From Hamiltosporidium tvaerminnensis FI-OER-3-3 (Eukaryota > Fungi > Microsporidia), in assembly GCA_022605425.2 (NCBI GenBank), contig CM061247.1:558001-622000 (forward strand): a stretch of 64,000 bases of DNA, read 5' to 3'. The first letter of the stretch is position 1, and each line of letters begins with the position of its first letter. The notes beneath the pieces were generated by a model. That model did no database searches. It saw nothing but the letters and a program-made list of their open reading frames with translations, and was not told the DNA's origin. Positions 56,283-64,000 of the stretch are shown one piece after another. The position numbers and the translations under genes were made by a program.

Positions 56283-57911
56283 ATGACAGATGATATTTCA
56301 AAAGAATTGGCCACAGTAAAGCGTAAAAAACTTAAAATAATAATAAAACTAAAGAAAAAACCAATGAAAAATACCAATGAATCTGGAATAATCGAGGTTG
56401 ATTATATAAAATCATTAAGTTCTTTAAATTCGTTTTTCTTCTATTATTTTCCACATCTTGATCCTCCACAAATTTTTGTGACAGATTATAAAAACAACAA
56501 ATATACTACTAGAATGGAGATGCTTGATACTTCTATAGAATTTTCTAATAAATATAATACGTTTGAGACAGCGTACAATGATATTTGTAATTATGGATTA
56601 CAATTTCTTAAGAAATTTGTTTTGGAAACTTCTATCCCTAGGACATATGAATTTAAAAAACCACTTTCAAAAATATTTGGTGAAAATCAATTAAATTCAA
56701 ATCCTTTTTTAGGTGATAAAAAAGAGGTTAAATGTATTGAAATAGGAAGTATTGACAGTAAATCAATGAATAAAAATAATTTTTGTTCTGAAAATTCTAT
56801 GAAACTGGTATCTAAGAATGAGGTTGTGTTAAAAGAAGAAGATAAAAATTTCAATAAAACTGATGAACGGAATTTAAAACTTAATACACTTGATAACCAA
56901 AAACCAAAAGTAAATATAGGCATTACTGATAGAGTTAGTGAAGAAAAAAACAGAAATAAATTTCATAAAGAAAATAAAGAAATTTCATCTTTTGATTCTA
57001 CAAGAACTAAAAGTCTTGAATATTCTAATTTAGTAAAAGAAATATGTGTTTCTAATAGAATACAATTCCCTGAATATACCATTGAGAAACAAAACGGTGT
57101 ATTTATATGCTATGCATCATTTTTTGAAAGAGAATTTATTTCAGATTATTTTTTTGACAAAATACAAGCTAAGGAAGATGTAAATAGATTAATAAATGAA
57201 TGGATAGTCTCTTCTAAAATAATCTCTAATGAAAAAAATAAAAATCCCGATAAAAAAGATAGAAGAGAAAATGAAAATAAAAAAATTATTTCAAATACAA
57301 ATCAAACGAATACAAAAAAAGAAATACCTTATGAATATGATATTGAAATGGATCTTATTAAATTAATTAACCAAACAGAAGAATCTATGAATAATAAACC
57401 ACGAGTAGAACTATCAACAGGTGTTCCTTATAATATAGAACATCAACAGAATCATCGAAATTTCTCTGGAAAAAAATATTCTTGTAACCAAATGAAAAAT
57501 CAAGGTAGTAGAAGAAATAAAAGAAGATGGTTCTGGATGCAAAGAAATGGTATTAATGGTAATAATGAGATGTCAAATAGGAATCACGGTAGTACAAAAC
57601 TGTATAAAAAATCGGAACTTAGTAGTTTTTGGACATCTGACAGTGTTTATATGAATAGTCAAAACGTAGATTTTTCCACTGAAAATAATAGTTTTGAAAA
57701 TATAAATACCAACAACGATTTATATTTCCAGAGAAATACAGATTTCAATTTCAAAAATTATAAAAATTCTAATGGCGTTAAATATTTCGAAAATACCTTC
57801 TTAGAAAATCCATACCTTCAAGATAATAGTGTTAATCAAAATACAAAAATTAATAATTTTTTTAAAAAATCTTCAGAATCCAATGATGATACGAATTTTC
57901 AAAACTATTAA
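56283..57911 (+). CDS. Protein with two dsRNA-binding-motif-like domains and an Asn-rich tail
   Basis: YSNLVKEICVSNRIQFPEYTIEKQNGVFIC...KIQAKEDV fits the dsRBM pattern; a weaker repeat is near the N-terminus; CCCC upstream. Confidence 0.6.
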   Translation: MTDDISKELATVKRKKLKIIIKLKKKPMKNTNESGIIEVDYIKSLSSLNSFFFYYFPHLDPPQIFVTDYKNNKYTTRMEMLDTSIEFSNKYNTFETAYNDICNYGLQFLKKFVLETSIPRTYEFKKPLSKIFGENQLNSNPFLGDKKEVKCIEIGSIDSKSMNKNNFCSENSMKLVSKNEVVLKEEDKNFNKTDERNLKLNTLDNQKPKVNIGITDRVSEEKNRNKFHKENKEISSFDSTRTKSLEYSNLVKEICVSNRIQFPEYTIEKQNGVFICYASFFEREFISDYFFDKIQAKEDVNRLINEWIVSSKIISNEKNKNPDKKDRRENENKKIISNTNQTNTKKEIPYEYDIEMDLIKLINQTEESMNNKPRVELSTGVPYNIEHQQNHRNFSGKKYSCNQMKNQGSRRNKRRWFWMQRNGINGNNEMSNRNHGSTKLYKKSELSSFWTSDSVYMNSQNVDFSTENNSFENINTNNDLYFQRNTDFNFKNYKNSNGVKYFENTFLENPYLQDNSVNQNTKINNFFKKSSESNDDTNFQNY

Positions 57912-58082
57912 AATACAGAATAAAATAAATCTGTTAATTTGTAAAAAAATCACGACAGTTATAAACTTCTGGTAAATTATCTTCTTTATGAAGAATATTA
58001 CCGCGTTTAATTGTTTACTCAAAGAATTTTATCAATGTATATTTTTTCTCATAAATTTATTGAATGCTTTCATTTTATATTT

Positions 58083-58222
58083 ATTTTTTTCAAGTGTTTT
58101 CATATTCTAAATTCTATTAAAATTAGAAATATAGAATTTATTTATAAGTATTTTTTCAAGTATTTTCATATTCTAAGTTCTATTAAAATTAGAAATATAG
58201 AATTTATTTATAATTATTTTTT
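58083..58222. repeat. Tandem duplication, 66-bp unit x2
   Basis: TTTTTTCAAGT.TTTTCATATTCTAA.TTCTATTAAAATTAGAAATATAGAATTTATTTATAA occurs twice. Confidence 0.85.
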
Positions 58223-58851
58223 TACCAATTATTTCCAATGCTTTTTAATTCAACTATATATACTTAAAACATTTTTTATATTTTATACATTTTTTTGACC
58301 ACAAGATATCTAATTTAGAAAAGAATATGTAAATTTCTTTCAAATTTTAAGGTGTAATCTTTGTATCATTCTGTTTTTTTAATGGTTCTGACGTTTTTTT
58401 TTCTTATAAGACTCAAAGTGTATTAATTCTGACAAATCATTGCATTATATTTTTATTATTTGAAACATTAAATTCATAGTATGAATTCTGATATTTTTTA
58501 ATAATATTGTAAGATTACAGTATAGGTCATTTATAAATGTATCAGAGTAAATAAATATTTTTTTACTCTTTGCTATGGAATAATTATGTAGGCACTTTTT
58601 GGGTCTAAATACAATGATAATTAAATTCTATTTTTTTTCATTTAAGAATTTAAATTTGTTTTTTTTATACAGAAAAATTGGTAGTTGTTATTTAATCCAT
58701 ATTTATTTTCTTAAAATTACAATTTTTAATCAAAAATTGTAATATAATTAATGAATATGATTTCTTAAATTAATAAAACGTATTTCAGATCAATTCTGTT
58801 ACATTGTTTCATATTTCTATATTTTTCTAAAAATAGAAAATTATAATTTAA

Positions 58852-60996
58852 ATGGTAAACATTAAAAAAGATATTTTTAATGACATTAATAAATATAAAG
58901 AAGCAATAAATGTAGAAATAAAAGAAATGAGTATGAAAGATGAATCAACAATTAAAGATTATTATATGAATATTTTAGAATCAGAAGATATTTATTATAT
59001 TTTTTATGTTTTAAAAATTAGTTTTTTAATAAAAGTTAAATTTGTTAATCGAAATATTTTAGAAAAATTAAATGAGTTATTGCAGATGGTTTCTATGACA
59101 AGGAATGTTATTGAAATAGAATATAAAAAAATTTGTTTAGAATTTATAAAAAATCATATTATAAATAATGACAATATAGATATAATTATAACTGTATTAG
59201 GTCATTTGGATTTAAATGATCATGAAATTATGTATTTTAGGAAATTTCTTGGGTATTCAAAGATCTATAATTACTATAAAAATGTTAACAAAATGATATT
59301 TGAGAAATATTTTACAACTGAAGAACTTATTGTTTTGATTCGTTTGCTAGATAATCATGAACTGTGTTTTGTGCAGTTGCTCCCAGCTATTACAAGAATA
59401 AACGAATATGTGACTGATTCAGTTGTGGAAAAAAATATTGTATCTTGTTGTATAATTTTGAATTCTGTAATTTTAGGATCGCCAAAATCTTTTAAGGATA
59501 AAGATGATTATGTAATATCCACAATTTCTTTTTTGACGAATATTTTTTATGATTCTAAGAACTTTACGTTTATAAATTTAGAAGATGCAAAAATAATTTT
59601 ACTGACGATTAATAATCTTACAAATAGTATAAAAAACAATTCCAGAATTTCTAATTTATCATTTGGTATTTATAATGAATCATTAGAAATATATGAACAA
59701 ATGACAAAAGGTCATACAACAGTTTTAGAAGAATATATTGTAATAGGGTGTCTTATAAAGCTTATAGGAATATTTTATATGGTTTCTTATGACATAGGAT
59801 GTAGAATGCATGATACAGATTATTTATTTAATTTAATACAAGATTCTGATATTGAAAAGCCCCAGTATATCAATGATACGGAATGGAAAAATATCTACGA
59901 TTTTTTCTTATCACATAAATATGAAACACTTGATCTGATATATCCATCTACATTAGAAGTAATATTTAAATCAGATGTTTTATATCTTCACCTTATCAAA
60001 TGTTCAACTCCTTATGATGCATTATTACCTCTAAAAAATATGTTGAGAGAAGTAGATTGGTCATTGCTTATAGCCTTGGCTTGTTCCGACAAAAGAAGTG
60101 AATATATCAGTTTTTTATTTAATCCGGTATTCTTCAAAAACAATGCAACAGAACATTATGAGTATATTCACATATTTATAGAAGCAGCTTTTAAAAATAA
60201 CGATTACGATATACTATTAATAGTCACACATATTTTAGTAGAAAATCATAAAGATTTAATCAAAAAGGAAGATTTTTTATCTTTGTATGTAAATCTTTTC
60301 TTATCAAATTTTTCTCACTCAGTAAATTTTACTATATCGTATCGAAGAGAAAAACTTTTAAACTTTTTTTGTGAAAATGTAACCGATAAAAACACTAACA
60401 ACCTCATTCTGGTCATATTGGATTTTCTAACCAAGCATAAAATTACAACACCAACTAAATACGTATTTACTCTAATATTTCTGTATTCATCTCGAACTAA
60501 TGATATAAGCAACGAAACTGTTATAAAATTGAAAGATTATACTTTTAAATGTATTCAATTCCATTCCACAATACTTACTTCTGAATTTGATAAATATAAC
60601 GAAGAATTATATTTTAACATTATAAGCAATCCACATATAAAACTTTATATTGTCATGTTATCGCTGTATATGGTGAATTTTAATCTGAAAATAGATTTCA
60701 CGGATGAAGACTTAATCTCTTGCGATCATATTCTGTATATAAAGTTGATTATCTCGTTGATTTGTTATAAACGAGGACAGTTTGATGAGAGTTATTTAGA
60801 AGACATAAGAAAAGTTTTGCTTAAATTTATTATCAATTCCCGTAATTCTCATGTCTCTACACTTGGAATGCTTATAAAAGAAAGTGATAAGAGTATATTA
60901 ATAGAAAATACAGAAAAGGCAGACATTTTGGCTTTTTATGACAATATTTTAGAAAAATTACAAACTTGTTTAAAAAAAGAAAAATGTATAAAATAA
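58852..60996 (+). CDS. Hypothetical protein, probably alpha-helical solenoid
   Basis: 714-aa ORF in very AT-rich DNA; amphipathic helical pattern; no recognisable motif. Confidence 0.8.
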   Translation: MVNIKKDIFNDINKYKEAINVEIKEMSMKDESTIKDYYMNILESEDIYYIFYVLKISFLIKVKFVNRNILEKLNELLQMVSMTRNVIEIEYKKICLEFIKNHIINNDNIDIIITVLGHLDLNDHEIMYFRKFLGYSKIYNYYKNVNKMIFEKYFTTEELIVLIRLLDNHELCFVQLLPAITRINEYVTDSVVEKNIVSCCIILNSVILGSPKSFKDKDDYVISTISFLTNIFYDSKNFTFINLEDAKIILLTINNLTNSIKNNSRISNLSFGIYNESLEIYEQMTKGHTTVLEEYIVIGCLIKLIGIFYMVSYDIGCRMHDTDYLFNLIQDSDIEKPQYINDTEWKNIYDFFLSHKYETLDLIYPSTLEVIFKSDVLYLHLIKCSTPYDALLPLKNMLREVDWSLLIALACSDKRSEYISFLFNPVFFKNNATEHYEYIHIFIEAAFKNNDYDILLIVTHILVENHKDLIKKEDFLSLYVNLFLSNFSHSVNFTISYRREKLLNFFCENVTDKNTNNLILVILDFLTKHKITTPTKYVFTLIFLYSSRTNDISNETVIKLKDYTFKCIQFHSTILTSEFDKYNEELYFNIISNPHIKLYIVMLSLYMVNFNLKIDFTDEDLISCDHILYIKLIISLICYKRGQFDESYLEDIRKVLLKFIINSRNSHVSTLGMLIKESDKSILIENTEKADILAFYDNILEKLQTCLKKEKCIK

Positions 60997-61696
60997 AAAG
61001 ATTATTACAAATTTATTTGGATAAATTTAGTTTTTTGTATCGGATTTATATGTTTTTGAACAAGAAATTAAAAAAATACAAATTGGATTTCAGATAAGAA
61101 AATAAACAGCCTATTTATATTCATGAATCAATCAATCAAATATATAGAAATTTAAATAGATTTATTACGTTTCATAATATCATTAATTGAAAGTTTAAAC
61201 TTAAACATTACCTTCTCTAGGACACTTTAAATTCTAATAAAATAGTTTCCGTTAATAAATTTTTATCATAGAGTCATTGTTCTCTCGTTACATGCAATTT
61301 TTAAATCTTTGTATTTAATTAAACCGAATTTTTTTAACAAATTCAATAATACTTTATACTTTATACTTTTACTTTATACTTAATTCATATATAATGTTTG
61401 ATTTTTCTTTCATATTTTGTGAAACAATTTATTATAAATTTAAATATTGAATATACTTCATAAATATTTAAAATAGATCTAAAAATCAAATTTAATATTT
61501 AAAAACCTTATAACTATAGATTTTTCTTCTTTATTTGAAAAAGAATCATTTTAAAAACTTTATCATCAATGATATATTTTATTTTAATTTATAGGTAATT
61601 CATAATTAATTCTATTGTATTTATTAAAATAAAAAAAATATTCGGTTCAACTGTGATTTGGAAATATGTGTTACTTCTAAATAAGTAATATTTAAA

Positions 61697-62455
61697 TATA
61701 AAAATAAAATGATTTATATTAATCATTTATTTAAAAGTATCACATCTTTTTACAATAGTGGCAAGTGTTATATTTGTTTTTATGACATTAACGCAGTTCT
61801 AGGTTTAACATAAATAACTGCTACCTCAACATTCCATCAGTACCCTCTAAGATACCTACGTTCCAAAAACTTTCATCTACCAGGTGGTTTGAACCCAATT
61901 AATAGGCGAAGGAGCTGCCAGAACTTCGTTAATTTCCGTTGCATAGAGTTTGATCGAAGGCCGAAGCCCCCCCGGGCTCCCCCAAGACTATACAGCATTC
62001 TTACTTACTCTACACTTTCTAAATTCAATAAACTTCTAGCTAAGATATATTTCAGATATTTACATGGGGTCCACCTAGACAGTGCAATGTCATGCCAACA
62101 GGTATAACCTGCTACTTAGCTCTCCCGGCTTTAAATGGTTTTTATTGTTATATCTCCCAGGCGCTAAGTCTTATAACCCGAGTGAGCAAGGCTAAGTTTC
62201 CATGCTTTTACATGGCAATTAACTACAAGTTTAGGTGCGATCTGCAATAGCGTTGCGTAAAAAAACTACAAATAAATTTGTGGAAGAATTTTTGCCATTT
62301 CTTAAACCTCTTCTCCTCATAACAACTCCCATGGAACAACCGAAGATGTAGTGTGGTTTTATTCGCACCAAAAATCCAAACAATGATCTCACACCAGTTT
62401 CACACACTCATTGCCAAGCAGAAAGTTTTTTTATGTGGTTATCCACCCTCCACCA
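61697..62455 (-). repeat. Dispersed repeat family, copy F
   Basis: Full-length copy; candidate 10-bp TSD AATATTTAAA at 61687-61696 and 62456-62465. Confidence 0.92.
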
Positions 62456-62907
62456 AATATTTAAAGAGCATTATATTATATTTGTTTAAAATACAGATTT
62501 TCATCTACCAGTACTACATTAAATATCTTAAAAGAAATTCATCTTACCTAAACCTGCTTATAAATTATTATAAATATATTGAATTCTCCTGAAAGTGTAA
62601 ACTGTGAAAATTTAGAAATTATCATAGATTTATAATTTATTTTAGTTTTTTTATGGCATTTATTTATTTTTTATCTTAGCTTTACTTAAATATCTATTAA
62701 GTATTTTCTATAAATTTTTACCATTAAATTTTTTTAAAAAAATATTGTCGAGTAGTTCGTAGATATAAAAAAATTGTAACAAAATTGTAGAAGTAAATAG
62801 AATTTAATATTCATAAAATCTTTTTAGATTTGTATTTTAGTAAAAATATTTTTTAAAAGAAATTACGATTAAGACGTATTTTAAAAGTGGTTTAAATATC
62901 CCTAGAA

Positions 62908-63951
62908 ATGGGAATCAAGCAGCTTTCTCAAGTAATTTTAAAATATAATAAACAATCTATTCGAGAAAGATCTATAGGATATTATTCTGGAAAGAGAATA
63001 GCTATAGATGCATCCTTGTGTTTGTACCAATTTTTAATTGCGGTTAGATCTGAAGGTATGGTATTGAATGCAGCTGATGGTGAAACTACATCACATTTGG
63101 TAGGTCTTTTTTATAGATCTATACGTCTTATCGAAAACGGTATTAAGCCAATATTTGTGTTTGATGGTAAGCCACCTCATATGAAATTTGAGGAATTACA
63201 AAAAAGATCAGAAAAACGAATTAAGGCAGATGAAGAATATGTAAAGGCCGTTGAAAAGGGTGATTTGGGAAAGATGGAAATGTACGATAAAAGAAAAACC
63301 AAGGTCACAATTAAACATGTTGAGGACTGTAAAAAACTGTTGAGTTTTATGGGAATTCCTTACGTGAATGCGCCAAGCGAAGCAGAAGCTTTTTGTGCAT
63401 ATCTCTGTATAAATAAACATGTTGATGCAGTGGGAACCGAGGACATGGATGCATTAACTTTTGCTACACCTATACTTCTAAGAAATTTGACAGCCTCTGA
63501 AAGTAAAAAGTTACCAATTAAAGAGTATAATTTTAAAGGCATTCTCAGAGATTTAGAGTTAACTGATTCCGAGTTTATTGATATGTGTATATTATTGGGT
63601 TGTGATTATTGCGAGTCTATAAAAGGAATCGGACCACAAAAAGCACTTTCTTTGATAAAAAAGTATCAAAATATTGAAAATATACTACAAAACGAAACAT
63701 CGTTAGAAATTCCAGATGAATGGAAATATAAAGATGCAAGAATTATTTTTGAAGAATTAGTTAATTTGCCTTGTGAAGAAGAACTACCTAACTTTAAATA
63801 TGGAGCTGTTAATAAAGAAGCTATTATTGATTTTTTAGTTGTAAAAAATGGCTTCAGCGAAGAAAGAGTTAAAAAAGGCTTGGAAAGATTAATTTTGGCA
63901 CAAAAAAAGGGTAAAACACAACGTTTGGATGATTTTTTCAAAGCTAAATAA
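62908..63951 (+). CDS. FEN1: Flap endonuclease 1
   Basis: MGIKQL, AIDAS..LYQFLIAVR, FVFDG, APSEAEA, EDMD, LLGCDY, GIGP and C-terminal PIP box QRLDDFF. Confidence 0.97.
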   Translation: MGIKQLSQVILKYNKQSIRERSIGYYSGKRIAIDASLCLYQFLIAVRSEGMVLNAADGETTSHLVGLFYRSIRLIENGIKPIFVFDGKPPHMKFEELQKRSEKRIKADEEYVKAVEKGDLGKMEMYDKRKTKVTIKHVEDCKKLLSFMGIPYVNAPSEAEAFCAYLCINKHVDAVGTEDMDALTFATPILLRNLTASESKKLPIKEYNFKGILRDLELTDSEFIDMCILLGCDYCESIKGIGPQKALSLIKKYQNIENILQNETSLEIPDEWKYKDARIIFEELVNLPCEEELPNFKYGAVNKEAIIDFLVVKNGFSEERVKKGLERLILAQKKGKTQRLDDFFKAK

Positions 63952-64000
63952 ATTTTATTTTTCTATTATTTTGTTAAACTTTAAATTTGATGTATTGAAT

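Overview
Very AT-rich, gene-sparse eukaryotic DNA with the hallmarks of a large-genome microsporidian (Hamiltosporidium-like; taxon is my inference): compact divergent housekeeping genes, mostly with a CCC motif just before the ATG, separated by long spacers full of decayed mobile elements. Recognisable genes: RhoGAP, VPS9-domain GEF, Hsh49/SF3B4, Snu114, Bud32, Med7, farnesyltransferase beta, HIT, ZIP transporter, Elf1, a secreted LRR protein, Bet3 (with an in-frame TAA), a dsRBD-like protein, an unknown helical protein and FEN1. Mobile DNA: two RLE-type non-LTR retrotransposons with target-site duplications, a Merlin/ISXO2 transposon with long TIRs, a tRNA-headed SINE-like relic, and six near-complete copies plus one fragment of an unclassified ~700-750 bp non-coding repeat. 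The best finding is that the VPS9 gene is longer than the ORF track shows: it is split by two ultra-short spliceosomal-type introns of 21 and 19 nt whose removal restores one 302-aa frame.
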